Shown piece by piece: positions 39,322 to 51,281 of a stretch of DNA of 64,000 nucleotides. The translations under genes were made by a program, and so were the position numbers. Location: contig OZ024743.1 of assembly GCA_964016885.1 (NCBI GenBank), positions 154,256,001-154,320,000 on the forward strand, in the 5' to 3' direction. This DNA is from Eledone cirrhosa. Taxonomy: Eukaryota. The notes beneath the pieces are model-generated. The model was not told where the DNA came from. It did not search any database and saw only the letters and a list, made by a program, of their open reading frames with translations. The first letter of the stretch is position 1; each line of letters starts with the position of its first letter.

Positions 39322-40119
39322 TATATGTATAATTGTGTAGGATTTAATTTGCAATGACGTTGAAAATAGAGTGGAGCAAATAACGCCTGTAAGTAAAGCA
39401 ACTCAAATGATGGATGTTTTCCATCGAGAAACAGCAAAAAGAAACACTACAGTAAGAAACTTTATTCTTGATATGAGACAAACTGCAATTAGTGAAATTT
39501 ATATATATGCTGAAAAAAATTTAATATGAATTAATATTTGAAATTCTACCATTTCAAAACAAAAGTTGTCTCGACACATCGTTTTTGTCTTAAATCAGTG
39601 AATATTATAAGCGACTAGAATCTGTTTAATAAAAGTGAGAAATGGCTTTCTTTTAAATGAATTTTCCTATATTTATATATATAAAATATCGTTGTAATTT
39701 AAATTAACAGTAACATTTATTATTTGTAAAACAAATACACACACACTCAACGACCCCCCCCCCATATATATATTTGTGTGTGTGTACGTGTGATTTTTTG
39801 TTTGTTATTCGTGAATATAACTAAATACGTCTACACACATGCACACCATTTCTAGTAATGTGCTATCAAAAATGCTAGCACTTGTTTTTATTAGTCCTCT
39901 AAAAGAATATAGATTAAATTAAGATAAACATCAGAAAGTGACTCCATAATTGATTACAAATGCTCTCTTAAGTGTTTAAACAAAGTCATTAGCCTATTGC
40001 TGATGAAACCATTTTCTCAACAGGAACAACAACACAATATTTTTGATTATGCTAATGCTTTGATAGATTTTATTTTATCAGTTTAATCGGTATAAATTCT
40101 AGGAGTATATATATATGTG

Positions 40120-40224
<105 letters not shown>

Positions 40225-43200
40225 CTTAAAAATCGTGAATTGGTAGAGGGATAATTTATCCACTACAACTGTTTGTTTTTCTTAATTAAATATATATATT
40301 CAACAACAAAAGTTTAACTTAAGGGCACAAAAGCATTTATAATATAATCTAACAAAATGATAAATGGCATATATCTATGCCACCAAAACTCGAAAGAACC
40401 TATTTGTTGTATCTAAATTCAATTGTAAAATCTAAAAGTTCCAATTACAATTTATTTTCATAAAATTCTTAATATTGAAATGTTAATATTGAATTCAACT
40501 ATCAGCGTTTGTTGTCCTTTCAATTTTCATATACCGATATTATTATTTTTCTAGTGAATACACCAAAAGCGAATATTCCTGCTTTTGTTGTTGTGTACGC
40601 ATGTTTCTGTTGCTGATGTTGATTCCGTTTGCATTGTTTTCCAGGTTGTCACTTGCACGGTATATTTTCACCACTGGTAAGTTAATTACGGTTAAATCTC
40701 TTTATCATACATTCCTTAATTTACCCCTGGATGTTCCATCTTACATCTCTCTAGCCAAACATGTTACAATCACATTTTCACTGAAGACGCCTGCTCAAGG
40801 CACTGTGGAACAAATCTGGAGCTGAAAAGCTCTATTGATAAAATAAAACAATTAAAAGATCTCACTGTCCTAATTTCTATTAGTTCTTAATGAATATATA
40901 GGCTACTGGATTGAACGTTTCCGGACTACGGTAACAAAATGATTTTTATGAAGCAAAAGTAAACTTAGTCTTGCCAATATCATTATTATTATGGTTCCAT
41001 ATATTATCGTAATATTTTGTTTAAATAAAATCTGTAAATATACTTCAAAGAAAACCATTTCATTAAAAACTGAGAGTTAAATAATTAAAATTCATGTACC
41101 TTTAATTTAAAATGTTCAAAGAATCTGAAATGTCGAGCTAAATAGATTTCAGTTGATATTTGGATATCACGAGTGATGCCTATAAGACTACTTATTTATT
41201 TTGCTGTATATTAGAGTAATGCCAACTTAGATTATTACAAATGATAGTGAATATCATTAGTCATTACTATTTCTAAGTTGTGTAATTTAAAAGTCAATAT
41301 AATCCAATTTAATCCAATTTAAAAGTCAATATAGTCCATTAATGCACGAGCGAATCACACCACAAGATTCAGCGGCACTCCTCCCAACTTTCATATAGTA
41401 TATATAAATATAATTTATTCCTGACTGCTTTTCTAATAGTTTAGCTGCTATCAACTGACTATTATATGCTAATACTATTGTTACGTTAATACTTTAAACT
41501 TTGCCACTCATTTTAGATTACATATTATCTATATATTAAAGTAGCTTAATACGTAGCTGCTACCATGATATTATTGATTCATGTGTAAGCTAATGTTATA
41601 TTTATTCTTAATTGTTAATGCTAGTTTATAATCTGGCAGCATCCCCTATTTTTATATAGTGTTACTTACTTTTAACAAATATTTTCTTGCACTATTCAGT
41701 TACTAACTCTATCTGAATTCTCATTTATATAACACAGGATACATTATTTGGACCTCCATTTTAACATGCTGGCACAAGCTGGAAAGAAGTGTAATATTAT
41801 GAAAGCAGCAATCAGTATTATATTGTATCCTGCTAAGCCTTCTGGACACCTGCGTTAGTTGCCATCATGAAGATGTGTAGTAAAACTTTGAGCATAAATT
41901 TATCTTTGGATATTGCTGCTTTCAGCCAAATTCTCAGATTTGTAAACATGTAATGTTTAGCATGTTATAAATATAACAATCTACAGTATGTGAGAAAGGC
42001 TGAGTTGAACATTTGTATATGCTTAAATATTCTGTATGTTCTATATTTTGAATATTTTGTATTTCTTTTAGAGTACTAAACTAACAAATGTGTTTGTGTG
42101 TCTCTGTCCACCAAGCTGAAAAAAAAATTAAACTCTGACATATCTAAATATGTTATATCTCTCCTTTATGAAAAGGTTAATTTAAGTGTTATGTTTTGAC
42201 ATGTGCTATGACTTGAATATCTAATTTCCCGGTTTATGAAATAACAAAATCTCAGTTCCTGTGTCAAGCCGTTACAATCACCATACAAATATGAACAGTA
42301 GAATAACCACTAACGAAATTAATATTAATAGTAAAATAACAACTGCGGAAAATATTCAGATTTGGTTAGATAATATTCCCTTATATTGTCGATTGGAAAT
42401 TCTGATGGTTACATTCCCTTTTCCTAGCATATCGACACAATTTAATATTGAATATTTAGAGTAATTCTTTGATGGTGAGAGGTTATTGAAGATAAGAGGT
42501 CTAACGACTTTGCTTTGACTTAAGTTGACTAATCCCCTATCAGTTCACCTGAATTAGATATACCAAATCTTATATCCTGAAACACAAACCAAATATTATC
42601 AAATAGTGTAACAATAACATTTAAGTTTCAATTCACCTTTATAGTTATACACATTTCGGAAGTAAACCTCAACAATTATTAAATAAATTCGTCTAAAATT
42701 GGCTGTTTATCTTGTGGACAAAAGATACCACTTTAATCATACGCATGCTATTGATTGATCATTTTAAACATATATATCCAGTTTACTTTTCATATTTAGT
42801 TTCATTAACCCAGCTATATACATTTTGAAACTGGTTATTCCAAATGTTTCGCAGTTTGTACTATAGCATCTAATATTATTTCAGGAATGTTTAGATAGTT
42901 TAATGAATGATTGTAAACATTCTATTAAGCAGCATTGGGAAAACTAATTTTAAACACATTTGACTTTTAATAAAAATATATCGGTGTTATTATTTTTCAC
43001 ATTTATTCAATCACTGAAAATGTCATTTATTATATAAACCATACACCATGGCTTCATAATTTATCTAACTCTATTTTAACGAAATTACATCAGCTCATCT
43101 TCATTTGTTTTTTGTTATATAATTTCAGAGTCACACCCACTTTTCTAATTTATTAAGCGTTTATTTATTTGCAAGGAAAGAAGAAACATGTACATTAAAG

Positions 43201-44899
43201 GGAACATTAGCTGAAAGATAGAGAAAATGTTTTAAAAGTAAGTTCAGTCATTTATATACAAAAATGATAGCGCAAACAACGCACAATGTGAAATTGGAGA
43301 TCTTAGCACGGTTAATGATTAGTCAATATAGCACCATTGTTAACAACTGTTGCAAACTAATAAAAACAGAGAAACAGGAGTAATTGATTTCATTTGGTAT
43401 ACGTTATGTTAGTGTTGTTAAGCATCCCTCAAAAATTTAGTTTTCCGTGAGATAATCATTAAAAATAATTTAATCCTTAATTAATTGCTATTTTATGAAG
43501 TAAGCTGATGGATGTGCAATGTCAACAATCAAATTAAGCCAGGCTCTGCCGCACTTTAGTCCAAGGAGGGTAAACTCTTCAAATATCGGTCGTACTCCGA
43601 CAGGTTTTTGGTCGAGCCCATAGCAATGGAGTCGACTGGTGTTGATTGCCCTAGGTCCACCTCCCGACTCACCATCGTTGGCACAGAGTTGGCTACACGC
43701 AGGTGTGAGTTCGCAAGCTAGAATGGCTTTTCCAGAGCGCCTTCCTCACCATCCTTGTTTCTGTCCGCCGGGGCTGCAGGGTGGCCAGCGTGTGGGCTCC
43801 CATTTGCTCATAATAAGGAAATATGAGGAGAGCGAGAAAGGCGGAGGCAGCAACATTGGGAGTTTAATTCCTGGTGTATAAGTATATATTTATTTACCAC
43901 AATTCACACATTTACAGAAATGAATTACAGGAATGAGTGAGTAAATCCTTCATTCATAAACCAATACTAAATTTATTTATTTATTTATGTATTTAAATAT
44001 TGTTTGAATTGTAGGGTACTGATTGTGCCAAAAAGTAAAGGATAAACAAAAAAAAATCTAAATGCATTTTTTGGTCATGTCCTTTTCACTGAACATATAT
44101 ATTATAGGTGTAAAATATTATATATGCTGACTGTAATAGGGAGTAGTATTCAAAAAAACACCACTAGAACAAACAATTATTTTTATCTAGATGTTTTGCT
44201 TTAAACAAGCAACAATGAATATCGTGCTATAATTCCTGCTTTAATTAAAATTCAGCAATTATATTTCATTGCTCAAACATTTTGTAATATGTGTGCCAAA
44301 ATATATTGTAACTTTTACAAAATACACTGGAATTACCGGACACTTCTGCTAGTATGTTCTACAAAACTCAATGCCTGATGGCGAAATATATATGGATTAG
44401 AGTGAATCAATATTCCATAATATTAAGCACATTTAAAATTTTGAAAATGTATTTGCTTTTGTGTGAAAAGACGCTAGAACGCATATGAATCATTGAAAAA
44501 TCGAATAAATCGGATACATTAATTTTGAAGAGGGAAGAAATATAGAAAGGTCAGAAACGCTTGCAAGAATCAAAACATACATCAACGCATAAGTCACTCT
44601 TCATCTCGAATTCCACTACAATTAATCATTTACTTGATTATGGGACTATATTTTCGTTAATATATATAACAGAGCTCAGCTATATAAAACTTTGATAAAC
44701 ACTGTTGAAGATTTTATGTTAAACACCCACACACACGAGTGCTTAATAAACATCATATAGAGTGCCATATAAGAGGTTGAATACACAGAAATAATATTCG
44801 CTTCTGAAATTGGCTTCTGAATTTATATATATATATATTCATGCAAAATCATACGCACTGTTTTAAAATAATTGATCCTACGTTTGGCAGAGATTTTAG

Positions 44900-47390
44900 A
44901 AAAGGGTAAACCGTCATCATTGGAATCTGAAGCATCACAATCCTTACATGTAACGAGAAGGAAGTAGTGGAAAATGCTAGACACTACTGGCTAGATATAG
45001 TCTGGATTTCCTCAACAAGTCCTGTATTTGACTCTGGTACTGTAGGACGGAAGCTCTCCTATTCAGGAGCGGCTACAGAAGTAACTGGACATGTAGCAGT
45101 GGGGATACTTAGAATCCCCGGATGATCAGAATGTTTAAAGGACAGGACCCATTGGGAGGAAGGATGTGCCTCTTGAAGCTCAGGCTGAAATATGATGTCG
45201 ATTTATGCGCCAAAAAGAGTTTAAAGACAGATATTTCTTGATGAAATTACTGCAGTGTTAGATGTAGTTAACTCTGCGTCATATATCCTAAATAGTGAAC
45301 TCAATGTACACATGGTGACACTGACCACCTAACATAGAAATAAATGATTGGAAGGAGAGGCGATATCAATATAGATAAGAATAGGGAGGTTATATTAGAC
45401 TTATGTAGTAGTGATGGCCGCTCTATTATGGAAACCTGTTTTCAACACAAACACATCACATTTAACACAAATTCAGAGATCTCCCTGAGCAAAGTTATAC
45501 CATTGAAACGGAGTAGAGACTATTTAGCTCGGTTGTTTCTACTTAACTGTACAATGCTGCGAGCTAACGCGGCTTGATGTGGCGCTGATTGGCTCGGAAA
45601 CTCTTGTTTCAATCAAGCGGTCAAATACGCCAACCGAACAAAGAAGAACGCTACAAAGCTTGGCTTGGAAATTAATCCCTCTAGCTGCACTTGCGGTACA
45701 AGCAGCCGCGGAAAATCTCAATAAAAAGGAGTCAACATCCAAGACATGGTGTGAGGGATTTCGGATTAAGCTGGTATGCGACTTCAGATAATAAATAAAA
45801 TGCTCTGGGAAAGCATTCAGGGTCGGACGCCATGCTTTCCAGCATAGTTACGTCCCTTTACCATCTGAGTTCAAATCCCGCCGAGGTTGACTTTGCCTTT
45901 CATCCTTACGGGGTCGATAAAATAAAGTACCAGTAATGCACTGGTAATTGCTGGCCTTGTGCCTAAAGTAGAAACAATTATCCTTACCTGCTATCAAGAA
46001 TGTATCAATGTGTTTACTTCTTATAGAGAGGTGCATCCTCGCGAGTCGGTGAGAATAATTTGCTGATCCACTAAACCCGGTCTAAACGGCATCACGCGGA
46101 GCATCAGCAAACGAGGAATAATTTCTCGGAGGCGGAGGTCACGAGAATAATTAAAGTCCTCAAATATGCCAAGGCCGCTGGGAAGATGGAAATTCGACCC
46201 AAGCTATTAAAAGCGTTAAATATAGAACGTATTCACTAGCTAATTCGTGTGCACCCGCGTTTTGGATCTCTGGAAAGGAAACCTATGCAAGTGATTATCG
46301 GGTCTAAGCTAACTAATATAGAGTGTGATCTTTGCCCCAGAGGCAGTAAAGCCGACCAAATATTCACACTGGCAGGTCATTGGGACATTGTAAGAATACT
46401 GTCAAGAGATGCATACTTGCTTTGTCGACTTCAAAAGATATGACAGCGTCGTAAAGGATCTGCTATGGAAGGTGCTGCAAAAGCAGCGAGCCCACAAAAC
46501 TGCTTTTTGTTGAGCTGATATCCCTCTACTAACGCGCTGGTAAAACGCGGCTGGTAAAACGAACCCATCTAATGTGGGAATCAGACTCCACGAAAGGGCA
46601 GAATCGTGCCCTCACTTATTCATAATCTTCATGAAACGGATTGACTTTCATAGTCGGGTGAAAAGTGTTATCAAGACTGTCAAATGTAGGATCAGTAATC
46701 TGGAATCTGCAAACGACGTTTTTATTATTTAACTCGTCAGAAGTTGAATTCCAACTTGCACTTGATAGGTTTGCTGCCGAGTGCTTTACGGCAGGATTGA
46801 AAATCAGTGCTGATATGATGGAGAAACGTATCTTCTGAATCAGGCCTCTGCAGTGGACTCTACATGTGAGTGGTGTTCCAACAAAATAGGTGAAGAAGTT
46901 CAAATATGTAGGGTTCTTGTTCATGAGTGATGGAATGTAGGAGGCTGATGCACCAGCCTCATCATTCATTTATCATAGGAAAGGATGTGCTATGATCTTA
47001 CCTATGGTTATGATTTTTGCATGATGAACGAGGAATAACGATCGCAAATAGAAGCGACCGAAATTGGGCTCCTCTGAAGTATCGTTGCAGTAACGGTACA
47101 CAATAGAGTGCGTAGCTTAGAGAACATAGAACGTTTCAAGTTACAGCCGCTACACCCCAGGTTTGAGTAGTCACAGCTCCCATACCAGCGACAATGCTTT
47201 ATAATGGTTTAGGGTACAATTGCTAGACAGATTTTACGAGCAAGATGGTTGGATAAGATCTATGAGCTCGACTTGTCTCCCTTGGGGATCCAGCCGGATC
47301 AATAAGAGACGGTTGCGTCTGCCAGAACACAAAGGAAGGCGGGTTTGAGGGCTCTGTCCCTACGCCCATCCCAGGAAAAAGGATGAAAGG
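44900..47390 (+). mobile_element. Decayed RTE-clade (Expander/Rex3-like) LINE
   Basis: The APE start reads SITILTCNEKEVVENARHYWLDIVWISST and later ILDLCSSDGRSIMETCFQHK. RT remnants include KAAGKMEIRP and RGSKADQIFTL. Heavily disrupted. Confidence 0.75.
45818..45980 (+). mobile_element. SINE (5'-clipped) nested in the RTE LINE
   Basis: Same family as 37978-38162. Confidence 0.88.
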
Positions 47391-47395
47391 CAAAG

Positions 47396-47446
<51 letters not shown>

Positions 47447-47489
47447 GTGAGGGTTTTTTTACCAAATGAAAAATAACCGAGGTGTCCTA

Positions 47490-49640
47490 CACGAGTGAAA
47501 GTATAAAGAAAAAGAGATGAAATCGAAAATGCAACTGGAGTCTTATCTTTTTTTTTTAAATATATATATTTCTTTGGTTCCTTTACCGGTTTCGCAGTTA
47601 TTCTGCTTTTCAAAAGGTGAGTTGAGATGGAGGGTCTGTGGCTTTTCTCACATCTGGTTGGTCTCTGAATGTTACTTGTTTTATATGGAAAAAGTGGCTC
47701 GAAATGCCAGGTTTTTCGAGAAGTAATTTGATTGGTTTGTCAATAATTATAATAAATTTCGCGCCAGTTCGCGTTACAATATAGTTCTTCAAATATGAGG
47801 GGGGGGGGGGGTGTCACAGGTTGTTTTCTTCATATATGAGTGTTTGAATTTCTTTTTACGTGAAAAAAGGGGCTCACGAAGGCTTTTTTGGGGTTGGTTA
47901 TAAATGAAATTATGGCTGTCACGTGAACAAGTTTTCATTAAATTTCCGTGCCCTTATTTGGAAATCCATTCTGTAGCCTTTTTAGAGAATTTTATGATAA
48001 GTGAAAGATAATGGTCTAGAGAAAGGGATGGGAGAATTGTTCTGGTTCAGAATTTGTGTATAATTGTGTTGCGCCATAGAACATGTGTGATTACGTATGT
48101 CATTGTGTTTATATGTTGATAGATATGTATGTAGGATGTATGCTGATGTAGGTATGTATGTTGACGTGTGTATGTTGTGGGTTCGTTTTAGGGAGAAGTG
48201 TTTAGACGGGGTGCGTATTTGCGCTGGTGTGGGTGGCATTATCTTTAAATTTGTAGAAGGGAAAGATTCTAAAGTTGGGATGATTTTGGGCGGCAGAGGT
48301 ATCAATGTGCTCACTCAGTGCTATTTTTCTGTATTCCGGTATTTTGATTTGGGATCTATGGACACTCATGCGTTGACGGAGGCTGTTTTTAGTCTGGCCT
48401 ATGTATTGTTCTCAACAACCTGAGCAAGTTAATACATATATTAGATTTTCTGATGCGCATGTGAAATTGTGTTTTACTATAAAACTTTGTCCTTGTTTGA
48501 AATAGAATTCCGAACCCACTATTAGGTTGATGCATATACCACAGTTGGGTCTATCGCATTATTTTACTGTGGGTTTCTTTGTTGAGATTGGCAGTACTTT
48601 GGCATGTGTTAGGATGTTTGTCACTGACTTAGATTGTCTTTTGCTCTTTATGATATCATGTGTTCGAAGGATTTGGTTCATTCTATGGTCCTCTTTTAAT
48701 ACAGAGATGTTCTGGAGAAATTGTATCAGATACCTCATTGTTGAGGGGATTGTGTATGGAGATGTATGGAAGAGCTTTTAGTTTCGATTGATTAACTTTA
48801 GGGTGACTAAGGTCCTGGGTACTGAGCTTTAGGGCACGTTGGATTCCATTGTCAATTAGTGATGCAGGGTAGTCCCTGCTTATGAGTGTGTCCTTTTGTT
48901 CTTGTAGACGTAAGTAACATGTACTTTCATTGGAAACTATAGTACAGATTCTCTTGGCTAAGTTGTAGGGAATATTAATTTTAACGTGTCTAGGGTGGCA
49001 TGAATTGAAAGGAAGATATTGCTTGGAGTCTGTGGGCTTGTAGTATATGTCTGTTTCTATTTATTTTTTATGAATTTTAATGAGGATGTCGAGGAAGGGG
49101 AATTGTTCATGGCTGTATTCCATTGTAAAATTAATATTCGTGTTGAGCCCATTTATAAGGGTGTAACATTCTTTAAGTTTCTCGATGTTTTGGTGCCAAA
49201 GGATGAATCAGTCATCTAGATATCTCTTCCAGTTCTTTTCTATGTGTAAGTGGAGAGTGTTTCCAAATTTGTGCTCAGTGAACGGAAGGGTGCTAGCCGT
49301 TGCAGCTTTCGGTTTTCGGCGTAGGTTACGGGTTAGGCGTGCTCGGATACTCTATATAAGTCGTGGTCGTCCTCGTCCGCAAGGAAAAGAAATTGAAAAT
49401 GCAACTGGAGTCTTTTAGGAATATTTATTTATTTACTTTACCGGTTTTACAGTTGTTATGATTTAACATTGAGATGGAAATTTTGTGTTTTTGTTGTGAC
49501 TTGTCTCGCATCTAGTATGTGTTCGAAAGTTCTTTCTTTGTTATGCGTTAAGAGTAGCTAGAATTGATGTTTATTTTAAGAAGTAATTTGATGGGCTAGT
49601 GACTGTCACGTGAATAAATACAATAATTTTCGCGCCATTT
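47490..49640 (-). mobile_element. Penelope-like (Neptune-type) element with direct pLTRs
   Basis: Minus frames read WKRYLDD, FPFLDI, ETDIYYKPTDSKQYLPFNSCHP and FTCASENLIYVLTCSGC.EQYIGQT. Diverged direct repeats lie at about 47510-47790 and 49380-49640. Confidence 0.88.
47580..47617 (-). ncRNA. Minimal hammerhead ribozyme, U3-A8 core variant
   Basis: CCUU-UUGAAAA-GCAG(AAUAA)CUGC-GAAA-CCGG-UA/AAGG. All stems are perfect and stem III is the palindrome ACCGGU. Confidence 0.7.
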
Positions 49641-49887
49641 TGTTTTTGAAAGTTACTATTGTATTTGCCTTGCGAAATGTAGCTCAACCTGTTGATTGTT
49701 CAAAGTGTTATTTGGTTGATGACTGTCACATGAATAAGTACATCAAATTACTCGGTAGTTTGTGTTCGAAGATGCTTATTGTATTTGCCATTTTAAATGT
49801 TGGTCACATTTATATGATTGGGCATATAATATAGGTGACAGAATATGATGGTTTGTCATAAAAAGTTTTGTGCCAAATAATAGATAA

Positions 49888-51055
49888 CACCGTGTAACAT
49901 ATTTTTTGTTCCCCAGTTCTAAGTGTCATTTCATGGTTTGTTATATCCCATTATTATAAAAAAAAACACTATTATTTAATCAGAAGTTTGGGTTTGTGAT
50001 CAGGAGTATGATATTTCGAAATTGTCATATTTTTCAAGAAAAACACATTTAAAAAAAATGTATCAGTTCATATAATTAAATCACAGAGTATATATTTATT
50101 TTATTTCACAAGCTTATCAAAAGCAAACAAGTAAAACCAAATAACACTTATAAAGCAACTTATACACGTCAGAAATGACTGGATTTCCTGGCTTTGTGGT
50201 TGTAGTCCTGGTCGCATTCCCACACTAGCCCCAGATATAGTTCCCCATCATTTTTTCATTGCAGTGGCCCTGGTACCTCCGCTCTATCTCTTTCACATCT
50301 TGGTGAAATCGTTTGCCTTGTTTTTCTGAGTAGGCGCCCATATTGTCCTTAAATTCTTCCAGGTGAGCGCCCAGCATATGGAGTTTAAGCGACATCCTGT
50401 ATCCCATGGCGCCAAAAGGGTTTATCACACCCTGCACCAGTTGCTGGTAGTTTTCAGCTCTGTAGTTGCCCAGGAAGCCCGTAACAACTGCCTTGAAACA
50501 GTTCCATGCTGTTCTCTTAATCCTATTGAGCTTATTGGAGAATTCAGCAGACTCAAACACCTTCTTTATCTGAGGTCCAAAAAAAATTCCACCTTGAAGC
50601 ATGAGAAGCATGAGAAAGGTTCGTGTCGACTTTTCTGACATGTCACCTGCAGTTCCTCCTTCACCAAGTTCCACTGCTTCATCCTGGAGACGAATGCTTA
50701 AAACAAAACTTACCCTTTATTCAGAGTGCGAAAATCCAGTATCAATAAATCTCTTTAATCCCCTTTTTAACAATTTTATACTTTATTGCACTTTTATAAT
50801 TTTCTTTAGGTATTACTCTTTATTTTATAATTTTAATCTAACCTGAAACATATATAAAAAATAATTTAACAAAAGCAAATTAAACTTACATACAACGTAA
50901 AATACAGCTTACAAATAATTCTAGTGAATAGCTAAGAATTTTTACAAACCGTACCTTTTAACTGTTTAATAGCACTTTCTTTTATTTGTTGGGGACCTAA
51001 GCAACACAAAAAGTGATTACAAGCCAGGAACAGAGAAAACAAATTTTACACGTTG
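49888..51055 (-). mobile_element. Chapaev3-like (CMC) DNA transposon, internally deleted
   Basis: TIRs CACCGTGTAACAT.TTTTTTGTTCC / CAACGTGTAAAATTTG..TGTTCC, with a TAA TSD on both sides. The transposase C-terminus reads GPQIK...FLGN...MSLKLHML.AHL...GKRFHQD...RYQG (50225-50600). Confidence 0.8.
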
Positions 51056-51237
51056 TAATGCTCAAGGGAGGGGGCGGGGATAGTTCTGGTTCAGTGAGTA
51101 TGGCTAATATGGTGAGGTGTCAGAATTCAGACTTTCTATTGAAATAAATTGAATGTTTGTGTTGATAGTGGTAGCGGCAATGGTGGTGGCAGGGTTGAAC
51201 AAAAAAAACATTTTGTTATGTGTGTGCGTGTGTTTGT

Positions 51238-51281
<44 letters not shown>

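Noticed and set aside
40774-40845. CUGAAGA...GAAA-AGCUCUA hammerhead-like string
   Set aside because: Stem I, stem II and the NUH site cannot be put in a consistent register.
48350-49260. In-frame TGA at a likely Cys position (YLDD*FI) suggesting a selenoprotein PLE
   Set aside because: The same remnant has a TAA stop and frameshifts, and I see no SECIS. Simple decay explains it.
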